DNA of 49,631 nt from Promethearchaeota archaeon (GCA_029838195.1 JALGVJ010000028.1:1-49631); one strand, 5' to 3'; shown: positions 9,115 to 20,548, counted from the stretch's first letter. A program made the numbers and translations. Notes: generated by a model from the sequence alone, not told the origin.

Positions 9115-10965
9115 ATGAAATTAAAAGGTTTTATAGGAAATCTCCTAAATATCGATTTGAGTAATAATAAAATTACTCAAGAACCGTTAAATTATGATAT
9201 AGCAGGTAAATTCCTAGGTGCTGCTGGATATTGCGTGCGTTATTTGTATGATCACCTCGATAAAGATACAGATCCTTTGTCTCCCCAAAATATTTTAATG
9301 TTCATGACTGGACCTCTCTGCGGATCAAATGCTCCTACTAGCGGAAGATTTAACATCTGCGCTAAGAGTCCCTACACAGGATTGTGGGGAGAATCCAGCT
9401 GCGGAGGGTTTTTCGGCCCAGAATTAAAAAAAGCTGGATTTGATGGGATTATCATTAGAGGAAAGTCAAAATCTCCCGTTTTTCTTGAAATTACGGACGA
9501 AGGAACTGAAATCAAAGATGCTGCGCATTTATGGGGAAAAGGTATTTTTGAAACTTCTAGAATATTAAAAAATCAATACGGCCCGGAGCTCGTAAGAGTT
9601 GCTTGTATCGGACAAGCGGGAGAAAATTTAATAAAATTTGCAACCATAGCTTCTGAAGAAAAAGCTGCCGGTCGCACCGGAATGGGGGCTGTAATGGGCT
9701 CAAAAAATCTAAAGGCTGTTGTGGTAAAAGGTAAAAAAAAATCCTATGAAACAGCCGATCCTAATGGATTTAAAGATGCCGTGAAGGCTGCTATAGAAAA
9801 CGTGCAGGCGTCATTTGCTACTCAAATGTTTGGATTACTAGGTACTGCGGGCGGTGTTGATAAATTCAATTTAGAAGGAGAATTGCCGATTAAATACTGG
9901 ACCTTAGGCACGTGGGAGGGTGCTTATCATATTTCAGGAGCTACTGCTTCCGAGAAAATTTTTACAAGAAATTATCCTTGTTTTTCTTGTCCTATCGGAT
10001 GTGCCAAGAAAGCGCGGGTAAAAGAAGGAAAATATAAAACAGATGGAGAGGTAGAAGCTCCTGAATATGAGACAATTGCCGGTTTTGGTTCTTTGATTTT
10101 AAATGATAATCTAGAATCTATTGTAATTGCCAATGAGACTTGTAATGATTTTGGAATTGATACGATTAGTTGTAGTAGTACTATTGCTTTAATCTATTAT
10201 CTATTTAATGAAAATAAAATTACTTCTGAACAAATTGATGGATTAAATCCTAAATGGGGGGATATCGAACCGGCATTAGAAATGATAAGAAAAATTGCGT
10301 TTAGAGAAGGTATTGGAAATATTCTTGCCGACGGTTCTAATAATGTGGGAAAGCAATTTAACATTCCCTCGGATCAAATAGCGACTACTTTGGGAATGGA
10401 AATTCCCTATCATGATTTGAGACAAACCTATGGAATGGCTATTGCTTATTCTGTTGGAGCGCCGAGAGGTCCGTGTCATACTGCATGTGACATGTATATG
10501 GTTTTATTGGGATTACCTTTTGAAGAACTAGGGATAAAAATGATAGATCGTTATGATGATGGGGAAGACATGGCACGCAATTGTGCTCTTACTTATGATT
10601 ATCGTGCTCTTTATAATGCATTGACAATGTGCATTTTTTGTAATCCTCTTCCTTCCATGGTTCTCAACATGCTTAATGCGGCTACAGGTTTAAATCTTGA
10701 TTTAAATGAGCTGAAAATTATGGCAGAGCGAATATACATGATGAAAAGGTTATTCAATCTCAAGATGGGACTTACTCCTAAAATGGAAACCTTGCCAAAA
10801 ATAGTTCTTCAACCAGTCAAGGAAGGGGGGTCTGCTGGTAGAACACCGAATTTTGAGCAATTAAAAAGGAAATATTATGAGATTCGGACATTTGATCCAG
10901 AAACGGGATATCCCAGTCAAGAAAAATTAAGAAGTTTAGGGTTAGAAGATCTCGTAAAATTCTGA
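9115..10965 (+). CDS. aor: Tungsten-containing aldehyde:ferredoxin oxidoreductase family protein
   Basis: AKSPYTG, GRTGMGAVMGSKNLKA, CFSCPIGC, PEYET, GIDTIS, MCIF. Confidence 0.92.
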   Translation: MKLKGFIGNLLNIDLSNNKITQEPLNYDIAGKFLGAAGYCVRYLYDHLDKDTDPLSPQNILMFMTGPLCGSNAPTSGRFNICAKSPYTGLWGESSCGGFFGPELKKAGFDGIIIRGKSKSPVFLEITDEGTEIKDAAHLWGKGIFETSRILKNQYGPELVRVACIGQAGENLIKFATIASEEKAAGRTGMGAVMGSKNLKAVVVKGKKKSYETADPNGFKDAVKAAIENVQASFATQMFGLLGTAGGVDKFNLEGELPIKYWTLGTWEGAYHISGATASEKIFTRNYPCFSCPIGCAKKARVKEGKYKTDGEVEAPEYETIAGFGSLILNDNLESIVIANETCNDFGIDTISCSSTIALIYYLFNENKITSEQIDGLNPKWGDIEPALEMIRKIAFREGIGNILADGSNNVGKQFNIPSDQIATTLGMEIPYHDLRQTYGMAIAYSVGAPRGPCHTACDMYMVLLGLPFEELGIKMIDRYDDGEDMARNCALTYDYRALYNALTMCIFCNPLPSMVLNMLNAATGLNLDLNELKIMAERIYMMKRLFNLKMGLTPKMETLPKIVLQPVKEGGSAGRTPNFEQLKRKYYEIRTFDPETGYPSQEKLRSLGLEDLVKF

Positions 10966-11200
10966 ATTTGAAAATAAACATTATTAATCTATTTTTTTTA
11001 TTAAGCTTTTATTTCATAAATTTATTTATAAATAATTTGTCTGAAAAAACTTCATTTAAATTATCAGAACAAGGTATTTCTGTTTTATATATTTAACCTA
11101 ATTACAATTAAGATTGTCTGAAAAAATAGCTTTAAAATAAATAAAATAAAGGAATAATCAAGAGTAAGCTAGGATTTAAAATGTACGTGCTTCTTTTAGT

Positions 11201-12472
11201 TTATAGGTTATATGATTTTTTCTTATAAGTTCGATCAGTAAATATATAGATTTTATCTTTCTCGACTTCCACGGGATAAACATTTATACTTTTTATTTCC
11301 AATTCTATAATTAATTCTTTATTTTTATTCCCTTTAGGTGTTGTATTTACTAATTTATCTCGATATTTAATATTGTCAGCTTTAAAATGCAAGTATGTGT
11401 CTGTTTCATTGCCCATGATTATTACATCATCGCCTTTTTTTAATGAACCGTTATTTAAAGAAATCTGAGCGAAACGAGTTTTAGGATTAAAATTCACTAT
11501 TGTTCCTATTTTAATATATCTATAATGAGATAAATTAGCGGGGAAATTATGCTGTTGATCTTCTTCCGTGCATCTTTTAAAATAGAATCCCGTCGTGAAC
11601 CCCCTATTATATACTTTTTTTAATTCTGTAATCCATTTTTTAACTTTTTTCTTAGAAAACTCATTAGAATAATAAGAATCTATCGCTTCTCGATAAACTT
11701 TCGATACAATTTCAACATAATGGGGGTGCTTCATCCTTCCTTCAATTTTGAACGCATCTAGCTTAGCTTCTATTAATTCGGGAATATAACGAATCATGCA
11801 TAAATCTCGTGAATTGAGAAATCGAACGCCATCATAAATATATTCTTTCCCAGACTCTTCTTTCAACCACCATCTTCTTCTACAAGGTTGTATACAATTT
11901 CCTCTATTTGCTGATTTTTCTTCAGATCCACAGATATCTTGAGAGAAATAACATCTTCCACTGACAGATGTGCACATGGCGCCATGAACAAACACTTCCA
12001 CCTCTGATTTGGTTAAATTTCTCTTGATTTCCTTGATTTTCTCTAAAGAAAGCTCCCTTGCCAATATTATTCTTTTAGCTCCAAGATCCTCATAAAATTT
12101 GGCAGATAAAGAATTGGATACATTACATTGAGTAGATATATGAAACGGCAGATCCATGGATCTTGCTATTTCTAAAACGGCAATATCATGAACGATCACG
12201 GCATCAATTCCAGCATTTTTAGCCTCTTGCAAAACACGCCTTATTTCTGGTAGCTCATTATCATAAATCAAAATATTAGTAGTCAAATAACATTTCAAAT
12301 CATTAGAATGACAAAAATGAACTACATTCGGTAATTCTTTCAAATCAATATTTTCGGCTTTCATTCTCATGTTATATTTTTTGACTCCAAAATAAACAGA
12401 GTCCGCATGAGGAATAGCGGCCTTAATCGCTTTTAAATTCCTAGCAGGGGCCATTAATTCGACTCTTTTCAT
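11201..12472 (-). CDS. Peptidase U32 family Fe-S protein (TrhP-like hydroxylase)
   Basis: ELMAPA, HISTQ, RIILARELS, EVFVHGAMCTSVSGRC..NRGNCIQPCR, FKIEGR. Confidence 0.9.
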   Translation of the reverse strand: MKRVELMAPARNLKAIKAAIPHADSVYFGVKKYNMRMKAENIDLKELPNVVHFCHSNDLKCYLTTNILIYDNELPEIRRVLQEAKNAGIDAVIVHDIAVLEIARSMDLPFHISTQCNVSNSLSAKFYEDLGAKRIILARELSLEKIKEIKRNLTKSEVEVFVHGAMCTSVSGRCYFSQDICGSEEKSANRGNCIQPCRRRWWLKEESGKEYIYDGVRFLNSRDLCMIRYIPELIEAKLDAFKIEGRMKHPHYVEIVSKVYREAIDSYYSNEFSKKKVKKWITELKKVYNRGFTTGFYFKRCTEEDQQHNFPANLSHYRYIKIGTIVNFNPKTRFAQISLNNGSLKKGDDVIIMGNETDTYLHFKADNIKYRDKLVNTTPKGNKNKELIIELEIKSINVYPVEVEKDKIYIFTDRTYKKKSYNL

Positions 12473-12593
12473 GGATTGATTTTCTTTTTTAAATATAATT
12501 TAAACCTATATTTAAAAGAAGGGCATTACTCATATAAAAAAACAAATAATATTATAATTTACTACGTTCCTCTAAATCAAATGAAATAAAAAT

Positions 12594-13616
12594 TTAATAT
12601 ATAAAAATAATCATTAAAAACGATAAAAGTACGCCGAAAAATGAAAGCAAAAAAGTAAATACATGGTTATCAATAGTGATTCTTTGAAAATCAGTGCCAA
12701 TTTTAATTTTTAAACTGAAGAATTGTTTTGGTTTCAACATGCCATAAAAAAGAACACCTTGAAACCATCTCAAGTAAGGATAACTAAAAAACATGAATGA
12801 GCCCATCATCATGATGGAAAACATGAGGATTTCTAAAAAATTAATTTTATCATTTTTTATTGATAGAAAAATTATAAAAAATATCAAGGAGGGGATTATT
12901 CTCAGGTAAAAGGGAAAAGCAGCACCGATTTTATACCACTGAATTAATTCTTCCCTATATTTTGAAATATAGAAAAAGGGAATCACCATTAAAATTAAAA
13001 TTATGGGCGGAATTGTAATAAGAAATCGTTTTAAATCATTCCATTTTTTTTTCCGAATTAAATCAAGAAAAATTAATCCCAAGCCAGGTAAAGTATAATA
13101 TTTTGTAACCATCGATAATCCCAGAAATAAATAAAAGAGATATTGTTCATGATGATTGGCCTCTTCTCCGGGATAATAAATTAATGCTAAAAAGAAAAAT
13201 AAAAAGAAAAACGAATCAGTTACATGATAACCGCAGTTGATTGGACTGAAAATATTGTTTACAAAGAGAAATGGATTCAGAAGATACAAGCCGTAGGCAA
13301 CTTTAATATTCATGATTTTAAACCGCTTAAGCACAAAATAAAACAAAATACTCGTAAAAACCTCCCAAAAGAAAGCCCAAAATGCAAATATCTCAATGGA
13401 GCCAAAAGATAAAAACACGAATATTTCTAATAAAAATGATGTTAGAGGAGGATAATAAATAATATGTCGAAAATTTAATCCAACATCACCCCAAGATCTA
13501 TTTATATCAATAGCGTGAATGTAATAATAATAAAGGAGCATGAAAATTCTCATGCTTACCCCTAAAAATATTAAAATAAAACCAAGATTTTTCTTTAAAA
13601 CACTGAATAATTTCAT
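12594..13616 (-). CDS. Multi-pass membrane protein, GT-C (GT87/PIG-M-like) glycosyltransferase-like
   Basis: WGD...YYPPL luminal loop, LLNP, TDS, TKYY in a multi-TM context. Confidence 0.5.
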   Translation of the reverse strand: MKLFSVLKKNLGFILIFLGVSMRIFMLLYYYYIHAIDINRSWGDVGLNFRHIIYYPPLTSFLLEIFVFLSFGSIEIFAFWAFFWEVFTSILFYFVLKRFKIMNIKVAYGLYLLNPFLFVNNIFSPINCGYHVTDSFFFLFFFLALIYYPGEEANHHEQYLFYLFLGLSMVTKYYTLPGLGLIFLDLIRKKKWNDLKRFLITIPPIILILMVIPFFYISKYREELIQWYKIGAAFPFYLRIIPSLIFFIIFLSIKNDKINFLEILMFSIMMMGSFMFFSYPYLRWFQGVLFYGMLKPKQFFSLKIKIGTDFQRITIDNHVFTFLLSFFGVLLSFLMIIFIY

Positions 13617-13721
13617 AACTTTTCAGGTTGTATTCTAGAGTATAAAAAAGAATTATTTTTTAAAATTCATCCTTTTTATAAATTTTTTTTTAAGAGAATC
13701 CTTCCCTCTTTCAAGAGAAGT

Positions 13722-15107
13722 TCATGCATCAGCTATAGAAAATGCCCTTTGTTTTAAAACATTTCTAACAGAGTGGTAATCTCTTTCTATGAAAAGCGTG
13801 ATAATAATCCAAATGATTGCTGAAATCATCCAAAATAAACTACCTATGAGAATGGTTAATTGAAATTTATTAAATTCAATCATGATTAAAGCCCCAATTA
13901 GTATCCCTAATCCGGCACCAATAAAATCAGTTAAATCATATAAAGCACCTGCCGTTCCACGGTGTTCAGGCAAGTTTATGTTTGTTCTTGAAACACCGAC
14001 GGTTAAGCCAATGGGAGTTCCAAAAAATACTGCGAAATTAAAAATTATAATGAATAAAAAGAATGTAGGATACATGCGGAGGAACAAATCTAATTGATTT
14101 ATTGAAGAATCAAGGGAAGAAGGATAAGAAATTCCAAGGATTAATAAACTATACATGAATACTTGTAGGAATAAACATGTAATGGAAAAATATAATGTAT
14201 TTTTTACTTTCCCTTTTTTAAATTGCGAATCGATCCACTTTCCTCCGAAAATAATCCCAAGTAAGCCACCTAAAGCCCCTCCACTTCCCAATAACAAAAT
14301 TGCCACTCCTGTATTAATATTTAACCCATCATACTGATTACTCGTGAACCAATAATTAAGATATTTCGTTACAATAGTAACACCAATCATGCCGGAAATT
14401 CCTTGTAATAAAAAAAGGAGATTCGACCTTTTCTGGAGAATGATTTTAATATCTCTTATTTTCAGCCGATAAGAATAACTAATATCATGTACTTCTAAAA
14501 ATTCGGGTTCTTTTGAACCGATTTTTGGTTCTTTAACAAATATTACAAAAATTATCACGATTATTAATCCGATTAAACCAAAAATAAAGCTGGGAAATTT
14601 CCAATTCCCGATTAATTCTCCAATGATTCCATTAATTGCTATATTGGAACCTTTAATGATATATATAAAAATTGTAAAAATTGAAAATAAATAGCCCCTT
14701 CTCTCAATTTTAAAAAGATCTCCTAAATAAGAAGCCAATAAAGGGCCATTAGCTCCAAAAGAAAGTCCCCATAATACTTGGATCAAGGCAAAAGTAAAAA
14801 AATTAATCTCTATTATAAATAATAATAAACTTGCTGTAATCCAGAAAAGAGAACTAATCAATAATATAATCTTGCGTCTTGTATTAAAAATATCCACGAG
14901 ATAACCCCAAATAAAAATAGTGAGGGCAATAGTATAACTAAAAAACGATTCTGCGATTTGAATTTCCTCAAATTTTAGTTCTACCATGAGATCTAATAAC
15001 ATTTCCGAAATTTTTGTCCCTAATATCCAACAAGTATTAATTAATAGTAACCACAAAAGAAATAAATAATCTTTTTTCTCAATACTGGTCGAATTAGAAT
15101 TAATCAT
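13722..15107 (-). CDS. MFS transporter
   Basis: About 12 TM; WGYLVDIFNTRRK motif A, DLFKIERRG, PEHRGTA. Confidence 0.88.
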   Translation of the reverse strand: MINSNSTSIEKKDYLFLLWLLLINTCWILGTKISEMLLDLMVELKFEEIQIAESFFSYTIALTIFIWGYLVDIFNTRRKIILLISSLFWITASLLLFIIEINFFTFALIQVLWGLSFGANGPLLASYLGDLFKIERRGYLFSIFTIFIYIIKGSNIAINGIIGELIGNWKFPSFIFGLIGLIIVIIFVIFVKEPKIGSKEPEFLEVHDISYSYRLKIRDIKIILQKRSNLLFLLQGISGMIGVTIVTKYLNYWFTSNQYDGLNINTGVAILLLGSGGALGGLLGIIFGGKWIDSQFKKGKVKNTLYFSITCLFLQVFMYSLLILGISYPSSLDSSINQLDLFLRMYPTFFLFIIIFNFAVFFGTPIGLTVGVSRTNINLPEHRGTAGALYDLTDFIGAGLGILIGALIMIEFNKFQLTILIGSLFWMISAIIWIIITLFIERDYHSVRNVLKQRAFSIADA

Positions 15108-15165
15108 AAGTAATATAAATCATTGATTTAATTAAAAGTATTAAAATTTTGAGAAGAATACATTC

Positions 15166-15624
15166 ATGGTAAATGAAAAAAATAACAGAATTTCAAAAGA
15201 AAAATATTTTATGAAAATTGCAGAAGTAGTATCGGAAAGATCAACGTGCATTAAACGCAAGGTAGGAGCCTTGCTTGTTGCAGATGACCATATAATATCA
15301 ACGGGTTATAACGGAGCACCACCTGGATTCAAGCATTGCACTAAAAAAACGTGCTTGCGACAACATTTAAAAAGTGGAGAGCGTCCTGAATTATGCAGGG
15401 GCGTGCATGCTGAAATTAATTGCGTGATTCAAGCAGCCATCCACGGAACTTCTATAAAGGGAGAAACGATCCTCTATACCACGACTTTTCCCTGTACGAG
15501 TTGTTTAAAATTATTGATAAATGCCGGCATCAAAAAAATCGTATATAAAGAAGATTATAACATGGAAAATGAGGTGAAACAAAATTTATTAAAAGAATCC
15601 CATCTAATCATTCAAAAAATGTAA
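15166..15624 (+). CDS. dCMP deaminase family protein
   Basis: RSTC, TGYNG, HAE, FPCTSC zinc motifs. Confidence 0.92.
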   Translation: MVNEKNNRISKEKYFMKIAEVVSERSTCIKRKVGALLVADDHIISTGYNGAPPGFKHCTKKTCLRQHLKSGERPELCRGVHAEINCVIQAAIHGTSIKGETILYTTTFPCTSCLKLLINAGIKKIVYKEDYNMENEVKQNLLKESHLIIQKM

Positions 15625-15794
15625 TTTTTTCCTTTAAAATGCAAATCATTTAATCATTTAAAACAAGGTTTTCACAGGTTAGTAAACACGCATTTTTAAT
15701 CTTACTTATCTTTATCTTTTGAAAGAGAGGATAAAATCTATTAATCTTGAAAATTTATTCTCATGTAAAATGAATCGTGTATAACAAATAATTA

Positions 15795-17237
15795 ATGAAT
15801 TTGGCTAGTTCCATGAAAAAATTAGTAATTATGAAATTAGGAGGCTCTTGTCTTCGAGATGGGCCTTCATTTCAACAATCATTAAACATTATTAAAGAGT
15901 ATATAAAAAATAATAGGGTTATAATCGTAAATTCAGCAATTAGCGGGATAACTGATAAGTTAATTGAATTTTATAACATGGCATGTCAAGATGGCTTGAA
16001 TTCTCTCTCTATACTTCATGATTTATTTGAAAGTCACCAAAAAATCATTGATTCTATCATGCCACCGAATAGTGAAGAACATGACAATACCTTGAAATTT
16101 CTAAAAAAAAATATCGAAGAATTGACTCAATTAGGACGGGTCATTCAATTATTAAGGCCAAGCCAAAATATTTTAGATTTAGTGTTATCTTATGGGGAGC
16201 GTTTCAGTACTTATATATTCTCGCAATATTTAACGTCTCAAGGATTTAGCACGCAATTTATATCGTCAGACGAAATCATTTTAACCGACGATAATTTCGG
16301 AAGGGCCCTCCCTTTATTAGGTGAAACGGAAGAAATTTTCAATGAAAAAGTGGTCCCTCTCCTTAAATCTAATGATTCCCTCATTTTATGCATTACTGGT
16401 TTTTATGGGTCTACTAAAGAAAAAAAAATAACTACACTTGGTAGAGGAGGTACGGATTTAACAGCTGCCATAGTTGCCTACGCTTTAAAACCCGTGTATG
16501 ATTGCCGCGTGATTTATTGGAAAGATGTGCAGGGATTCCTCAATGCAGATCCGAAATTATGTCCTAAAAGCTTTCTATTAAAAACTATTTCTTATATTGA
16601 GGCAAAGGAGCTAGCATTTTTTGGTTCTAAGGTATTGCATCCCCTTTGCTTAGATGTAAATGAAAAGCGTGAAATACCATCGGAAATCCGGAATTTTAAT
16701 AATCCCTTTTCTCCGGAATTTACAAGAATAACCAAAGAAATTGTTAGAGATGAAAAAATCATTAAAGCAATCACTTCTATCAAGAGATTGTCCATGGTTA
16801 CCATTGAAAGCGGAACGATGATTTCTCTTCCGGGCACCGTATCCAAGCTATTCTCATTATTGGGAGAAAATAATATTGCCATCAACTTTATATCACAAAG
16901 CTCATCTGAAAATAATATAACATTTGGCATAAACATTGAAGATTCCATGAAAGTAAGTGCCCTGCTTCGAAATTCTCCTTTTTTTGGAAAACAATGGTTT
17001 AGTATTAAAATTGATAATGATATCTCTTTAATTGCGGTCATTGGAGCCGGAATGCTTCATACACCGGGAATAGCAGGAAAAATTTTTACTATCTTGGGAA
17101 AAAATAACATTAATGTTCGAGCTATCGCACAAGGCTCATCAGAGTTGAACATCACGATCATTATCGAGCGAAAAGATTGTAAAAAAGCAGTTAATGTTTT
17201 ATTTGAAGCATTTATCAATGATAGTACTAGCCGTTAA
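15795..17237 (+). CDS. lysC: Aspartate kinase with two ACT domains
   Basis: MKLGGS, GERFS, TTLGRGGTDLTA, KDVQG..ADP, GSKVLHP, QGSSELNI. Confidence 0.92.
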   Translation: MNLASSMKKLVIMKLGGSCLRDGPSFQQSLNIIKEYIKNNRVIIVNSAISGITDKLIEFYNMACQDGLNSLSILHDLFESHQKIIDSIMPPNSEEHDNTLKFLKKNIEELTQLGRVIQLLRPSQNILDLVLSYGERFSTYIFSQYLTSQGFSTQFISSDEIILTDDNFGRALPLLGETEEIFNEKVVPLLKSNDSLILCITGFYGSTKEKKITTLGRGGTDLTAAIVAYALKPVYDCRVIYWKDVQGFLNADPKLCPKSFLLKTISYIEAKELAFFGSKVLHPLCLDVNEKREIPSEIRNFNNPFSPEFTRITKEIVRDEKIIKAITSIKRLSMVTIESGTMISLPGTVSKLFSLLGENNIAINFISQSSSENNITFGINIEDSMKVSALLRNSPFFGKQWFSIKIDNDISLIAVIGAGMLHTPGIAGKIFTILGKNNINVRAIAQGSSELNITIIIERKDCKKAVNVLFEAFINDSTSR

Positions 17238-17256
17238 AATTTTTAAATTAAAATGT

Positions 17257-18507
17257 TTAAAAAAAATAATTCTGGAACTTTTCACGTGCTATTTTTTCTC
17301 TAATCTGTTTTCTTTCTTTACGTGTTAATCCTTTTTTTAATGCGTTATTGCAAATTTTTTTCCCAATATTAACTTTGGGATTATCTGACCAATTCACATC
17401 AAGAAGCAGACAGAGGTAATAAATTGCAGCTTGCATTAACGAGATTGCTACTCCAATATCAAATTCAAGGGGTTTATTGAGTTCAATTTTTATAGAAGGC
17501 ACGGACTCTTTTAAAAGAGCTTGGAAAGTTGCATCCACTTGATAATTAACGATCTCTTGAGCAGTTCTGCCATTAATATAATCGATCGAAGATTCTAACG
17601 CCATATCATTTATCTCGTGGGACACGGTCCATGCGATGGGCAGAACAACGTCTCTGGACCCCCCTAGCAAGAATTCTAATATTGAATGCTGGCATAATGG
17701 AGCGGAATGAAAAGCACCCATTAGACCTTTACCTTCCTTTCCCGTACTTTCTGAGAGTTCTTGAACAAATAGCCCAACTAAACCTTCAAGATGAATGGAA
17801 TAAGGCATGGAAAATATAACTCTGTACCCCTTAAGATATAAATTATAAATGTAGGTTGCTAATTCAAGTGCCATGTTATTAGTTAAGGGTTCTCCCATGA
17901 ACTGTTGATATCCTTGTTCTAATCCCTTTAAAAATTCATTAATCTTTATTCCCGCCAAATATGCTGGCACAATTCCAACATTTGTATTAGAACCGGCAAA
18001 TCGTCCGGATAAATCAGGTACACCTAAAATTGGACAATTTAATTCTTTTAGAATTTCATGCATCGTACCCCGGGAAGATAATCCTAAAAATTTATATCCC
18101 CTCGAAACGAAAGTTCCAATCGTGGCGTTAATATCAAGAGTTTCACCGCCTCTCGAGATCGGAACGACTAATGAGTCTTCAGGACTCGTAGTATCCAAAC
18201 ATCTTTTTAATTCAATCGCTCGAGAACTAGTTATTGGAATTATTGATTTTTCAGCTAAATGTTGTAGTGCTAAAAGCGTTTGAATCGAGCCCCCAGTTCC
18301 TAAAACAATTATGTTCTCAAGCGTGTCTTTCATGAAAGGCTCAGTTGCTGCTTTTATGGCTTCAAAATTCAAATAAGAATGCGTGTCTTTAAAAAATGGG
18401 AAGGGCCATTTTCTTTGATTTGATTTTATTGTCTTTAGTGACTGAATTAGTAGTTGTTCATTCAGTTTGGGATATAATTCTACTTCTATTACTGAATCTA
18501 AAAACAC
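17257..18507 (-). CDS. pgi: Divergent glucose-6-phosphate isomerase (PGI/SIS family)
   Basis: LGTGGS, SRGGET, SGRF, ESTGKEG, QHS, NPKVNIGK correspond to PGI motifs with substitutions. Confidence 0.7.
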   Translation of the reverse strand: MFLDSVIEVELYPKLNEQLLIQSLKTIKSNQRKWPFPFFKDTHSYLNFEAIKAATEPFMKDTLENIIVLGTGGSIQTLLALQHLAEKSIIPITSSRAIELKRCLDTTSPEDSLVVPISRGGETLDINATIGTFVSRGYKFLGLSSRGTMHEILKELNCPILGVPDLSGRFAGSNTNVGIVPAYLAGIKINEFLKGLEQGYQQFMGEPLTNNMALELATYIYNLYLKGYRVIFSMPYSIHLEGLVGLFVQELSESTGKEGKGLMGAFHSAPLCQHSILEFLLGGSRDVVLPIAWTVSHEINDMALESSIDYINGRTAQEIVNYQVDATFQALLKESVPSIKIELNKPLEFDIGVAISLMQAAIYYLCLLLDVNWSDNPKVNIGKKICNNALKKGLTRKERKQIREKIAREKFQNYFF

Positions 18508-18652
18508 TCATGACACCTATTTTTTTCAATGATTATTTAGCAATATATAATATTTTTATTAATCTTTTTTCTTATAATTAATATTAAATTGTCATGTTAA
18601 TTTGTAAAATTTATCAAATAAAACTAAATAAAAAATTATTGATTGACACTTC

Positions 18653-19018
18653 ATGACTACGGTAGATGAACAATTCGGCTTATTATTGGAAGATTTAATG
18701 AATAATATTGAAGCAAAATCCGTTGCTATCGTTTCCCAAGAAGGCTTAATTGTCAAATCTATATTGGAGGAGAGCACCTCAGAAATAAAATTAGCTGCTA
18801 TGACCGCTACAATTTTGTCGGTGGCCGAACGTGTTTTGGCGGAATTAAAGGCGGGCAGTCTCGATAATTGTGCTTTAACGGGGGATGAAGGGACATTCAT
18901 AGTGATGGCTGCTGGCAAAGAATTAATTTTAGCAGCATGTTTGGATTTAGACGCAAGAATGGATACTTGTTTTATTGAAATGCGGAAAGTTGCTCGTCAA
19001 TTAGAAAAATTAACATGA
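18653..19018 (+). CDS. Roadblock/LC7 domain protein
   Basis: AIVSQEGLIV, LAAMTATILSVAER..ELxxG, GxxGxxIV pattern. Confidence 0.88.
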   Translation: MTTVDEQFGLLLEDLMNNIEAKSVAIVSQEGLIVKSILEESTSEIKLAAMTATILSVAERVLAELKAGSLDNCALTGDEGTFIVMAAGKELILAACLDLDARMDTCFIEMRKVARQLEKLT

Positions 19019-19208
19019 ATTCAGAACTTTTCAAATTCTTTTAGCGGATCTTCCCTTACCCGCGATCATTTAGAATTAGTATCTTTTTAAATAAATTTGA
19101 AAATCATTAGCCTATCTGATTTAAAATAAGGGAAAAAATACTATCTATTTAAAATTTAATTTAAATCATCTTATAAAAATACAACTTTTTTTAAAAAAGT
19201 GAGAAAAT

Positions 19209-20486
19209 TTGGCTAAAGCTATAGAAGTTGAAAAGCAAGAGATCTTCAAGAAAGGAGATCCCTATTATTGTCCTGAATGTCAGAGAGAACATAAAAAGGG
19301 AAAAATCTACAATCAACATCTAAAATACGTCATGACTCCTGAAAAAGAAAAATCAGAGGAAAATTTAATAGAAAAAGATGACAATGAGGAATTAGAAAAA
19401 GACATGCAAGCGGAGTCTAAAGAGGGATATATGGACGACTTTTATCCTGAAGGCGAGGAAAATGAATTACTAGATGAGATATCAGAAGAAGAGATGCTTG
19501 CTGAAGGAGAGGATGAAAATGAGGATAATGCAAATCAAATTGAAGAATGCCTGGAGGCAGTTAAGAATTTACCCGGTGTAGGAGATGCCACGTTTAGAAA
19601 GTTAAAAAAAGCGGGATTTAAAAGTTTAGAATCATTGGCATTTACTCCTCCTACCATCATTCAACAAGAAAGCGGATTAGGAGAAAAAACCGTTGCTTCA
19701 TTGATAAAGGCCTCAATGGAACAATTAAATATTGGATTTAAATCCGCAGAAGAAGTATGGGAGCAAAGGAAAAATATTACTCGCATAACAACGGGCAGCC
19801 AAGAATTGGATAATTTACTTGGAGGTGGGATAGAAACAGGAAGTCTAACGGAATTGTTTGGCGAATTCAGAACCGGTAAAACCCAAATAATGCATCAATT
19901 ATGCGTTAACGTGCAATTACCTCGCGAAAAAGGGGGATTAGAAGGAGGAGCATTATACATTGATACGGAAGGCACTTTTAGGCCAGAAAGGATCATTCAG
20001 ATGGCAGAAGCATTAGATTTGGATCATCAAAAAATATTAAAAAATATCATTTTTGGAAGAGCATACAATTCAGACCATCAAATTCTCTTAATTAAAGAAG
20101 CCGCCAATTTAATTCGGGAAAAAAACATTAAGCTCATTATTGTTGATTCATTAATAGGTCATTTCAGAAGTGAATATATAGGGAGGGGAACGCTTGCCAA
20201 TCGCCAGCAAATAATTAATCAACATTTACATGATTTATTACGGCTCTGTGATATTTATGTGGATCTTGCCGTAGTGGTATCCAACCAAGTACAAGCAAAA
20301 CCGGACGTTTTTTATGGAAATCCTCTTCAAGCAGCAGGAGGCAACGTGGTAGCTCATGGATCTACTATTCGCGTGTATTTAAGAAAAGGAAAAGGCGAGC
20401 AGAGAATAGCTAAAATTGTTGATGCACCACATCTTCCGGAAGGAGAAGCCATCTTTTCCATAACTGAAGAAGGAATAAAAGATTAA
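19209..20486 (+). CDS. radA: DNA recombinase RadA with N-terminal Zn-finger/acidic extension
   Basis: LPGVG HhH, FKSA polymerisation motif, GEFRTGKT Walker [18 protein letters not shown] Walker B. Confidence 0.95.
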   Translation: MAKAIEVEKQEIFKKGDPYYCPECQREHKKGKIYNQHLKYVMTPEKEKSEENLIEKDDNEELEKDMQAESKEGYMDDFYPEGEENELLDEISEEEMLAEGEDENEDNANQIEECLEAVKNLPGVGDATFRKLKKAGFKSLESLAFTPPTIIQQESGLGEKTVASLIKASMEQLNIGFKSAEEVWEQRKNITRITTGSQELDNLLGGGIETGSLTELFGEFRTGKTQIMHQLCVNVQLPREKGGLEGGALYIDTEGTFRPERIIQMAEALDLDHQKILKNIIFGRAYNSDHQILLIKEAANLIREKNIKLIIVDSLIGHFRSEYIGRGTLANRQQIINQHLHDLLRLCDIYVDLAVVVSNQVQAKPDVFYGNPLQAAGGNVVAHGSTIRVYLRKGKGEQRIAKIVDAPHLPEGEAIFSITEEGIKD

Positions 20487-20548
20487 CAATTACGATATAA
20501 AATTATTAACAAATAATTATTATTTAAAACTCTGTTCAACCAATCTTT

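Noticed and set aside
11037-11126. 13-bp direct repeat TTGTCTGAAAAAA in a convergent intergenic gap
   Set aside because: Two low-complexity copies only; no element structure between them.
19209-20486. Intein in RadA explaining its length
   Set aside because: The ATPase core is uninterrupted; the extra length is entirely N-terminal.
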